DNA of 64,000 bases, from positions 372,001 to 436,000 of the forward strand of contig NW_003314296.1 of NCBI RefSeq assembly GCF_000143415.4. Reading direction: 5' to 3'. Below, in pieces: positions 24,780-35,709 of the stretch. The stretch is from Selaginella moellendorffii. Taxonomy: Eukaryota > Plantae > Lycopodiophyta. The translations under genes and the position numbers were made by a program. The first letter of the stretch is position 1, and each line of letters begins with the position of its first letter. The notes under the pieces are model-generated. The model was not told the origin of the DNA and searched no databases. It saw only the letters and a list, made by a program, of their open reading frames with translations.

Positions 24780-27700
24780 CACATACCACACTAGCAAGTC
24801 ACACTATTTACAAATATTCAAAAATTTTAACTTTTGAAATTGATTTCTTATCATCTATTTATGCTTTCTTTAATGCATTATATTTTAAAGATGAGAATGT
24901 TACTATGAGGTCAGCATGGTCAAGTGATATTGCCACCCATATTACCTTTTCCAAATACTTTACTTACACTTTAAAAGAAAAACAAAAGCTCTAATTTCAG
25001 AATTAAATTAGACATTACAATAGTGCCCTTGCATTTGTATCAATGGATGATAACATTGACACTTTAAGGGATAACGGTCTTTACTGCTTTAGAATTCATG
25101 GATAGAGTTAACATAATATCATGTTATCACACTCTCTTGGTAATCAGAATCCATCTTATGGGCAATTTTATATGCTAGATACATAAGAAGCCACAAATAT
25201 AAGGCATCAAAACCCATTTAATACAAATTGTGATTGAGATTTATTATTACATCTTAATACACTCCTCATCATATTAATCCATATGCACAAGCTTATAGAA
25301 TGATGTATGAAATAGAACAAAAAGAACTTTGTGAAGTAACAATTACAGACTGTCTTTTACATGGTGTTTATATGTTACTAAGGAATAAAGAACTAATCAT
25401 CGACACTATAATATACCACAAACAAATGATGTTGCTATTGTTTTTGTTAGCGAGAATGGAGAACTCCCACATGGATATGAAATTTGTATATATCCTATGG
25501 CAAATCTTTCTAGAAAGATTTCAACACTTGATGTTAATTGTGATTCTGGTTTATCCTTTGATATTTCCTTTTCGTGATAAAGGATGGTACACAAATACTT
25601 TGAATACATGATGACATTGAACCACATTACTTTTATATTATGCATATTACTTATCTAAAAGAGACACACTACAATTAGGTTTTGACCAAATCTTACATGT
25701 TGGCAAGCCTACTCAACAATATATTGCTCATGCCTATGTCAAAGTTGAGAGTAATAACCTATATTATTATTATACCCATTACGAGTAGAAATATATACTA
25801 GTCTTATGGATTATGTTGTAAATCGTGTTTCAGATGAAAATATAAACCCTAGTAAAGTTGTTATACTACCTTCAAGTTTTGGTGGTGGACCTAGAGTAAT
25901 ATAACAAAATTATCAAAGATGCAATGACAATTGTTACTCACTACTCAAAACTTGATATTTTCATTTTCACTTGCAACCCTAAATAGCTAGAAATTATAGA
26001 AAATTTATATCCAAATAAGGGTCTAGAAGACCTTCTTGATTTGGTTTTTAGATTTTTCCATATTAAACTTAAAGAATTTTTAAAATCAAACTCAATCATT
26101 ATCTCTCCAATATTGCTTTACATATGTATCCTTTGCTAAATTTGAGTAGCACCTCATTTCTCCTTCTCTGTCCAACACCAAAAAAGGAGTTCTTCCATAA
26201 TATCTCTTTCCATTGAAATCCAATCTGCCACTACCACTACTGCCACCACTCAACATACTACTACTCACTTTGATTTCATTTGATTTCCTTTTGTGTTGCT
26301 ACTCAAAAGTTTGACTCCTTTCTCTCACAAAAAGAGCAATGAACATAAAAAAAATTATGAGATTATGATGCAATTAATCAATATATCATGGTTAGATTAT
26401 CAGATCCTTATAATAAGTTTGAACTCTTTAAAATAATTACATCATATATGATGCATGGACTGTGTGGACTTTTTTATCTTAATAGTCTTTGCATGGAAAA
26501 TGGTTCTTGCTCAAAATGTTTTCCAAAAAAATTTAATTATGAAACTATACTTTTTATTAATGGATATCCAGATTATCATAAACCAAACAACGAACTTACA
26601 ATTTTTAAAAATGGTTGTCATATGGATAACTATTGGGTTGTATCTTATAACAAGTATTTTTGTAAAAAATATAAAGCTCACATAAATTTGAGATATATGC
26701 AAGTATTAAATATCTATTTCAAGGCTATAACTATGCCACTATTGAAATCCATTTATCAATTCAATAATATGATAATAGCTTAAATTAGGATGAAATTTTA
26801 AACATTTTAAATACCCATTATATTTATTCTCCAAAAGTTATATAGAGACTTTTTCAATATAAAATGCATGGCCATTCAACGCCTATAATTCATCTTTCTG
26901 TTCATTTAGAAAATTTTCATAATATTTATTTCATTGAAGGTGATGAGGAAATAGCAAATTCAATCTATATAGAAAATCTAATCAAGACTATAAATTGGCT
27001 TTATCTTATACAAATTTTAGTACAAATAGTCATATTAATTTGACACAGTTTAATTATTATGTAGAACAAAATTTACTTCAATTTAATGATGAATAACAAA
27101 TTATATATTATGATATCCTCAACAAGATTAACAACACAACCAAGCAAAACAAATATATTTTCATTAATGGTCCTAGTGGTACTAGTAAAACTTTTCTCAT
27201 TAACACTTTTATACATACCTTTTTAAATTTTAAACAAAAATATAGTTAGTATAGCCTTAACAAGTATTGCAAGCAATTTACTACATAATGGTCAAACATT
27301 GCATTGACTTTCAAACTTCTTATTCTAATAAATAAAATTTATACTTCTGCTATTACAGTTTATAGTGAAGCAAGCCAGAAAATTAAGAATGCATATGTGT
27401 TAATATGGGATGAAATTAGCATGGTTCACACACATATATTTTCTGTCATTAATTTAGCATTGCAAGATATTAAAAAATGAATTACCTTTTGGAGGAATTT
27501 TTTTTATTATAAGTGGTGACTTTAGATAAACACTACTAGTTATTCCTAACACAAATTGTTTCAAATTCAATAAAAATGAATCAGTTATAAAAATTTTTTA
27601 GAACACTTCTACTAAAAAGGAATATGAAATTAATTGAAAATAACTCTTATGGGCTGATTGGCTTCTTCAAATTGGAAATGATGATAATTACTTGAATTTA

Positions 27701-28430
27701 CCAATATTGCCTTCAAAATCTATCATAATACCTTACGCATAAATAATAATGTTCTCTATTGTTGATTTTGTTTTCCCATCTATATAGAATATTTCAGACC
27801 CTCATATTGCATCTAACAGAGTCATACTTACCCCACTTAATGATGATAATTTTCCCATTAATAATATTATAGTCTTTTCCTTGCCTGGTGACATAAATAT
27901 TCATGAAAGTGTTAGCTTGAACACCCAGAACATTTTCCAAGTGATTCTTAAATTCCATTACTCCTAATCTTCCACCATATAAATTAAAGAAGGTGTTATC
28001 CTTATTCTATTAAGGAATATATGCCTATGGGCTAGATTATGTAATGGTACACGCCTCATCCTTAAAAACATGTCTTACCAACAGTTTTAAATTGTGAAAT
28101 TGTATTAGGCCAATCCAAAAGTATATGAGCTTTCATCCCTTGAATCACACTCATCCCTTCAGACATAGAAATTCAATTTAAAATGTCTAGAAGACAATTT
28201 CTAGTGCATTTGGGGTATTGCCTTACAATCTTTAAATGTCAAGGCCCGATATTTGACCAAATCAGAATATGCTTGCCACATCTAATTTTCACTCATGATC
28301 AACTTTATATAGCTTTATCAAGATGCACATCACTAATAGGACTATGCATTAAACACCACACTCCAAGGATAGCTATTCCCTTCAAGTCCTACTTTCACCA
28401 TCAACATAATATATAAGGAGGTTTTATATT
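24780..28430 (+). pseudogene. Decayed Helitron Rep-helicase (HUH Rep plus PIF1-like SF1 helicase)
   Basis: Ordered remnants: NSALAFVSM, INPYAQAY, VYPLIFPF, QQYI.HAYVKVE, ILPSSFGGGPR, FTCNP, MMHGLCG..CSKCFPKKF, Walker A-like GPSGTSKTF, LIWDEISM, PFGG, CNGTRL, RRQF..LGYCLTIFKCQG, FTHDQLYIALSR. Many stops and frameshifts. Confidence 0.93.
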
Positions 28431-28744
28431 AAATATTTTTACCTCCACCAATTTCTTGTTGAGTTTGATTCTTGCTCCAACTAAAAGAAATTCTTGATAT
28501 AAGGCTAATGAACAAATAAAAGGCTTGTCTAAAATACTCCAATTCCAATTCCAAAAAATAGTCTTAGAAAATCTTGTATTATAACTATGACATTCAAAAT
28601 AGTATTTGCTAACAGGACAGCAGATCTAGGGCAAGTGCTAATCAGTTAATATAATTAAGATGGCACTTAGCCTATCTTACAATTTTCATTTTTATGTATA
28701 TGTTTATTTGATAGATAGAGTTGCCCTACTAATGTACTAATTGG

Positions 28745-31700
28745 GCAATTACAACACACTCACTTCTGTATATAAGTTAGGGTTTTTAGGTTAATTGATA
28801 TGCACATTTTCTATATTCCCTTTCTATATTCCAAGCACTCACATTGGTGGAGTTGAGGGGCATCTTTCATTGTCCCTGAGAAGTGCTTGGATTTGGGATT
28901 TTAGGTTTAAATTTAGCTTTTGCATCGTCTAGATATAGCTTTTTCCATTTTCTTTCTTTTGTTCTTTTTGTTCAAGATTTTAGTTTAAATCTAGCTTTTC
29001 CATTGTCTAGATCTCCCTTTCCTTCTAGTTTTTTTTTTTCTCATTTCCCTTCTTTTGCTCTTTCCTTTTCATTCATCTTCATGGCAAAGCAACAGTCTCC
29101 TCCTCTGATTCTAGAGCAGTAGTTGGTGCAATTGCTTAATGCCATATGATTACAATTGAACAACCAAACTCAGTTGATGGCAGCATTCATGGCATATGGT
29201 ACAATTCCTCCTGCTCTTTGTGCCAATCCTCGCATTTGGCTAGAGTTCTTTCATAAGAATCATAAGGATGATGTGTACCATTGGTTTGATCACTTCACGG
29301 TGATTGCCACATATTATTCTTGGGATGATGCTTGACATTTGCGTGAGTTTCCCATGTGTCTTCAAGGGACGGCACTGCAATGGCATAATGGTTTAAGTGC
29401 AGCCACTCGTGGGGATTAGAGTGTTCTCCTGGACATCTTTAAATGCGCATTTGGACATGCCGACGATTGTGATGATGCCTTCTAACAATTACATCATTTG
29501 TCAAAGGCCATCTGATTCAGTGATGCAATTTGGCATTCATCTATGAAGCCTCTTACTTCGTGCGGAGCCAAATATGTCGGAGCAGATCAAGTTAGGAATG
29601 TTGTGGCTAGCACTTCATCAAGATCTTGTCGGACTCGTGCATGCACTTGCTCCAGCTACCCTTGACAATACTCTTCACTTGGCACAACGTTATGAGACGT
29701 CGCCTCTTCCACTTCTTGCTGCACATTCTTCCGCTCCACTTCCTATGGGCGATGGTCCTGTTCCAATGGAGGTTAATGTTGCTGCTGCTCGAGTCCAAGG
29801 ACAAGGGCGAGGATGTGGTTGTGGCCGTGATGTTCACTGCTGGGTGTATGATGAAGTTTGGTCATACTTATCGGTGTTGTCGGCATTTTCCGGATTGGCA
29901 ACCTTCATTTCCTATGTGGAAACCTTGGCATCAACAACGTCCTATTGGTGCCGCTGCTATAGAAGGATTGAACACTGAAATACATCTGGGAAACAAGGAG
30001 TCTTGTGAGTAACAAAGGGACCTTGCATGAATAAGTCAGTGACCCCTCCATCTTTCTTTCGGGAGTATCATCAAGAGGTTCACTAGGCACCAGTTCATTC
30101 AGTATTTACTTTCCAAACTTATTTTTATAACAAGAGGTCTCCTTTTATCCTCTCTGTGTTGGTTGATATAGGTTTGAGTTTATCTTCTATTACTCAATCT
30201 GTTGCCACACGTTTTTTGTCTACACTTGTGTTATGCAGCGGAGCCAGTTTTCATTTTTTATGGCAACAGCTGTACACATGCATGTACACGAGATGAGGCG
30301 GATTTGGTTGTGCATGTGGGCGATATCGAGCTTGGGTTGCAGTTATTGCGAGTGGTGTTGAGTCAAACTTTTGACCTCATCCTTGGCATGAATTGATTGC
30401 AATGCAATCATGCTAAGTGTGACTTTGAGGCTTCTTCCCTTTGTTTTATACTTCCTTATATTTCATCCATTCCTCTCACTTTTGTATCTCTTTGTCCCTC
30501 TACTTCTACCTCTATTTCCATTACCTTTGTCCCCCCATTATTTCCTTCTATGTTTCCATCTTATTCTACTCTTCCCTTTTCCAATCCCTCCGACAATCTT
30601 TGTACTCCAGTGGTTGACCGGGTCATGAAGGAGTATTTTAATCTCTTTGAATTTGACTTATCATCTGGGGCAAAGATTGCCACCCATCATCCAAATCCAG
30701 CCAGGGATGCTTGTCCAATCAAGGTTCTTGTTTTTCACCGGTCACCCAAAGAGATCAAGATTTTAAATGCAAATGTCAAGAAGATGTTGAAGAAGGGTGT
30801 TATTCGGAAGTCGCGGAGTCCTTATGCATGTGAACCTCATCTTGTGACGAAGCCTGATAGGAGTATCCATTTCTACATTGACTATTGTCCATTAAATTAA
30901 GTGACGATCCCGACTGTGTACCCTCTTCCTCACACTACTGATCTCTTGGATCGTTTGGGGTGAAGTTTCATTGGTTCACCAAGCTAGATCTTGCTTCTAG
31001 GTACTGGCAAATACCGATGGTAAAAATATTCCTAAGATTGTTTTTCGTACACCATTTGGTTTGTACAAGTTCTTAGTGATGCCGTTTGGTTTGAACAATG
31101 CTCCAGCAACTTTCCAGCTGATAATGGACGAAGTTCTTTATGATATGCCGAAGATGACTGCTGACTTCATTAATAATGTCCTGATCCACTCGGAGGGGAC
31201 ATGGGAGGAGCACATTCGTGATGTTTGTAAAGTGTTAGATCAACTATGGGATGTTGGTTTGAAGCTGAAGCGGTCGAAGTGCGTGTTTGGGTCCAAGGAC
31301 ACAATTTATCATATTTCTCGTGAGGGTTTACAAGTTGATCTTGACAAACTTATGGCTGTTCTAAAGTTCCCTACTCAAAAGTGTGTGAATGATGTGCAGC
31401 GCTTCCTGGGCAAAGTGCAGTATCTCGGTCGTTTTGTGAATCATTTTTCTGATCGCACTGCACCGTTGCAACATTGTTGAAGTCATCAACATCATCTTTC
31501 ATCTGGTCTTCAAATCGTGAGTGGGCGTTCGTGGATCTCAAAGAGCTCTTGACGACTCCTTCGGTTTTGGCATATCTTGACTACACTTGACCTTTTATTT
31601 TGCCCGTGGATGCCTCTGATATTAGTCTTGGTGGTGTGTTGATGAAAAAGAGCCTGAGTGTGTTTGGTTAGCGCCATCCCATTATGTATATAAGCTATAC

Positions 31701-33587
31701 ATTACAACCAACGGAGGTGAATTACTCCACGATAGAGAAGGAGTGTTTAGCAATAGTCTGGGGTTTCAAGAAATTTCATGCATATCTATATGGTTCTCAG
31801 ACGTTACTTAAAACTTCATATATATGATTTTGATGTTGTTTATTGCCTAGAGAATTCTATGGCTGATGCTGATGCCCTTTCTCAAACTCCTCTTCCTTCT
31901 CCACTCTCTTCTCATGTTTCTGACAAGCCTGTTGTTCTGGCATCTATGGATTTTCTAGACGAGGATTTTGTGCTATCAGTAGTTGCTGTACTTGATGTTT
32001 AGTGTTCACAAAGTGCAAAGCAAGATCTACCTTCTCTTAATGAGGTTCATGAAGCTCAAAAGCTTGAGCCATGGATTCAAAGGCTTCGAGATGGGTTTAA
32101 GAATCTTACATCACTTGCTGATGACTTGCCATTCCAGCATTTACATTTTCAATATTGCCTTGAAGACGGCCTTCTTTATTTTGTGGGGACAGATCCTGAT
32201 GATCCTTTACAGTTGGTGGTGCCTTTCGTCTTTATTCCATAATTTCTCCATGTCTACCATGATTCTCCTATTCTAGATAGGCATATGGGACATTGTCGTG
32301 TGACCAAGAAGCTATGCAGGTCTTTTTATTGGCCGAAGATGCAACGTGATGTTATCCAGTATGTACATAGTTGCTTTTGGTGCTAAGCTCGTAATACTCC
32401 CCTTCATGCTGCAGAAGGATGGTTGGAGTCAATTACAATTTCCCGTCCATTTGAGTTAGTGGTGTTTGATCTTATGGGATTTTTTCCACGATCGATTATT
32501 GGCAATGAGTTGTTATTATTGCTTTTGACTATTTGACTCATTGGGTGGAAGTTGGTGCTTTTGCTAGTGCCTCTACAACTACTGTTGGATACTTCCTCCT
32601 TAATCGAGTGGTGTTCCAGAATTCTTGTCCGGAGCAGATTCTTTCAGATAATGGTCCCTTATTTATGGCTGAGGCGTTTCATGTTTTGACGTCTCGGTTG
32701 GGGATATGCCACACTTTCACGAGTGTTTATCATCCATAGTCAGACGGTTTGGTGAAATGGCTTATTCGGACATTCAAAGGAATGACCGTGAAGTATGTGA
32801 ATTTTCAGCATTTGGATTGGAATGGTTATTTGCCATCTCTTCAGTATGCATATGTCACAAGGGTGCAAAGTTTTATTAATGCTTCACCATATAAACTTCT
32901 ATATGGTCATGATCCAATATTACCAACGGAACAGGGTTTACCTTTGCAATTGCCATAAGCTGCCAATGCTAGATTGTGGGATCAATATTTAATGAACATT
33001 CTTCCACTTGTCTGAATAGAGTTTGCCAAACACTTAGGCCACGTACAAGTGGGATAACAACAGCACTACAACTTCCATCATTGTCCACCTATGGAGTACA
33101 AAGTGGATGATTTAGTGTTAATCAGTTTTCCCCATCTTATGGTACATGCTTTATCTAAAGGGCTCCTTGCTCAGTGGAAAGGATTGCGGCAAGTTGGACC
33201 ACAAGTTTATAAGGTTTGGCATAACATTCAACAGGCTGATCCTTTAAAGATTGTGCATGTGCAACGGTTGAAACACTTCATACAAAAGGATCATAAATAA
33301 TTAATACCACCTACAAATCCACCGATGTCTCCTCCTGACGTTCCTCCAGATCCTAGCCCATCTACAAGAGAACTTTGATGGTTTTCACATTATTCTGATA
33401 TGAGGGGATGATGTGAGGGCTAAATGTATGGCTATGATGCCGTATACTAATATTAGCGTAGTGGGATTTTGATAGCCATCGGATTGGTTTCAATTCGGAC
33501 CACTTGCTCTTGTATATAAGCTAAGGTTTTTGGGCTAATTGATATATACATTTTCCGTATTCCCTTTCCATATTCCAAGCACTCACA
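28745..33587 (+). mobile_element. Ty3/Gypsy LTR retrotransposon, near full length but decayed; partial 5' LTR to 28843, 3' LTR 33412-33587
   Basis: 3' LTR TGTGAG...CTCACA (176 bp) follows PPT GAGGGGATGA. PBS at 28845. Gag with PVPMEV, protease VDIG, RT SPYA..LVTKPD..FYIDY, MPFGLNNAPATFQ, RFLG, RNase [14 protein letters not shown], integrase P..ILSDNG, TSVYHP, SPYKLLYG. Confidence 0.95.
28845..28864 (+). promoter_or_regulatory. Primer-binding site, tRNA-Ala-like
   Basis: TGGTGGAGTTGAGGGGCATC one base after the LTR end. It resembles the reverse complement of the plant tRNA-Ala 3' end (TGGTGGAGATGCGGGGTATC, from memory) with 3 mismatches. Confidence 0.6.
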
Positions 33588-34310
33588 ACACCTTTATAAA
33601 TTTTATAAATATAGAATATTAGGTATTGAATTTATAGTTTATATATTAATAACAATTTTTTTTAATTTCAATTCTTAATTTTACTGGTAGTAGGTTAGTG
33701 TTCATAAAATTTTATTGTTCTATATTCTAAGAAAAGTAAATAGCAAAGTAATTCTTTGCTAATATCTATATTACTTAAAATTAAATTAATTTATTTCAAT
33801 TCTATTTCTAGGTGTTTGAGTTTAAGAGTACATACAATCTTTTATTTTTAGGTTATGTTTGAGTATATTAATATTCTTAAATCTTGGTTATATATTTATT
33901 CATTTTCCAAGTAAAAACATAATAATTAAATAATTATTTTCTAATTAATGATAATTATTCTTAGTAGTAGTTCTTTACATTTCTATCAGTTTGGGTAGTA
34001 ATATATTATTTTTGCTAACATTTTTAGGATTCTTAATTTATTTATATCCCAAGTAAAAACATAATTTACATGTAACATCTAATTAATAAAGTTTATTTTT
34101 AGTAATTCTTCTGTTTTGGTTTTGTTTGGAAGTGTGCAATTTTTGTTTTAATTTTTCTGGGTTGAGTATTAAGTTTTTTAAAATTTTACTATTCTAAATA
34201 TATTCATATTCCTAAGTAATACTATATATAATATCTTTATCAATAATATTTACTTAGCAATTATTGGGAATATTTTAATGTTTTAAATATATAATCTATG
34301 CTATATAGCA

Positions 34311-34314
<4 letters not shown>

Positions 34315-34370
<56 letters not shown>
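34315..34370. repeat. (CT)n(AT)n microsatellite
   Basis: About 22 CT units followed by about 6 AT units. Confidence 0.95.
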
Positions 34371-34371
<1 letters not shown>

Positions 34372-34540
34372 AAGAAAAAAATTATATAAAATCATTAATT
34401 TTTGTACTCATCCAACATTTGCTGGGCAATGCTAATTTTAATATAAGTAAGGGGAAAATTCTGTATAAAAGATTGAAGAGCCCTAATTTTCCATTTGGCT
34501 AAAGGTAGGGCTTGAGCACCGCCATCGCAAGTTCTCAGCT

Positions 34541-35472
34541 ATGGAGGAGCATTTCATCCTCAGGGTGCCGCCGTCGGTGGCGGAGCGGCTCAACGGCGTG
34601 CTCAGCGAGCGCGCCCAAGCGCCGGAAGACGAAGGGATCGACATCTGCTTTCGAGGTAATCACAACAAAGGGATTTTACTTTGGTTAGAAGGACTTCCTT
34701 GCGCCTGTAGATGCCAGAACTGGGATGTTTACGATCGGGAAAGACCAGTTTGAGGTATCGCTGGTCGATCTTCCTTGCGTCGTGGAGTCCTACAAGACTT
34801 ACGACGATACTGTGCTCATCAAGGCGGCCGATATTGGCCAGGTAAGGATCAAAGGAGCTCTGTTTTCTTCTTCCCGGAAGGATGTTCTTATAGCTCTTGG
34901 TGTTTCTTCTCGAAGGGTTTTCTTACAGCTCTTGGGTGTAGATGATTCTCGTGAGAGATAACAAGGAGCCTGCTCCAGAGGGCGTGGAGCACAAAGACGG
35001 GCTCACTCCGGCGATGAGAGACGCGAGAAAGCGGCGATTTCGCAGAGACGCCGAGATCATCAATGTGAGATTCATAGAGAAGATCTTCGTCACTGTGATC
35101 TTCTTGGTTTTTCTTTTGCAGCCAGACTTCGTACACAATGTGGAGAACGATCTGGTGAACATCCTGGCCGGAGGAACTGCGCGAGATGTGGATATCCTTT
35201 TTCTTCTTTTGCTGTTCTTGTGCTCTCTCTCTATGATTGTTTTGGAAGCTTTTCCTTAGATTGGTTTCGATCTACATGTTGAAGTGGTGGAGCAGGAAGA
35301 AGATGTTGAAGAAGCGGAGCCAGTTCCAGCTCCGGTTGCTGTGCCTCCGCCTGTTCAACCGGCAGCGGCGGTGGTGGCGAGTGACAAAATCGCCGCTGCT
35401 CCAAAGGCGACCGATGAATACGACGATTCATCGGACGAGAATGGCTACTACGAGGACTCGGATGATTACTGA
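34541..35472 (+). CDS. TAF7: Transcription initiation factor TFIID subunit 7, 5 exons
   Basis: MEEHFILRVPPSVAERL, LVDLPCVVESYKTYDD..LIKAADIGQM, GLTPAMRDARKRRFRR and an acidic tail. Exons about 34541-34655, 34711-34841, 34942-35064, 35122-35191, 35276-35472. Confidence 0.93.
35192..35275 (+). other. U12-type (minor spliceosome) AT-AC intron in TAF7
   Basis: 5' site ATATCCTTT, branch-like TTCCTTAG at 35252-35259, 3' end TAC at 35275. Removal gives in-frame ARDVDVEVVEQE. Confidence 0.88.
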
Positions 35473-35709
35473 AGCGATCCAGAGGCCTCAGGTAGTAAGT
35501 TATTTGCATAGTTTCTTGTCCAAAGAGCAAACACTGTGTATGATATAATCGAAAATCACACAGGCATTCTGGACCATTGGGTCAACTATATTTTTCGGGT
35601 ATAAACATTCTATATTATAGGAATAGTTTTAAAATATTAGAACATTTTAAAGAATATTTTACAATAGTTTAAGAATATTCCTGTGCCAGAATGTGCCCTA
35701 GAATGCGCT

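Larger units (their letters stand above)
14445..28641 (+). mobile_element. Probable large Helitron (outer boundaries tentative) containing nested LTR elements and unidentified captured DNA
   Basis: Candidate 5' terminus A|CCTACTACTATAAG at 14445 (one change from TCTACTACTATAAG), then a GC-rich segment. Rep-helicase remnant at 24780-28430. Candidate 3' end GGGCAAGTGCTAA|T at 28641. Layout resembles the element starting at 49288. Confidence 0.45.
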
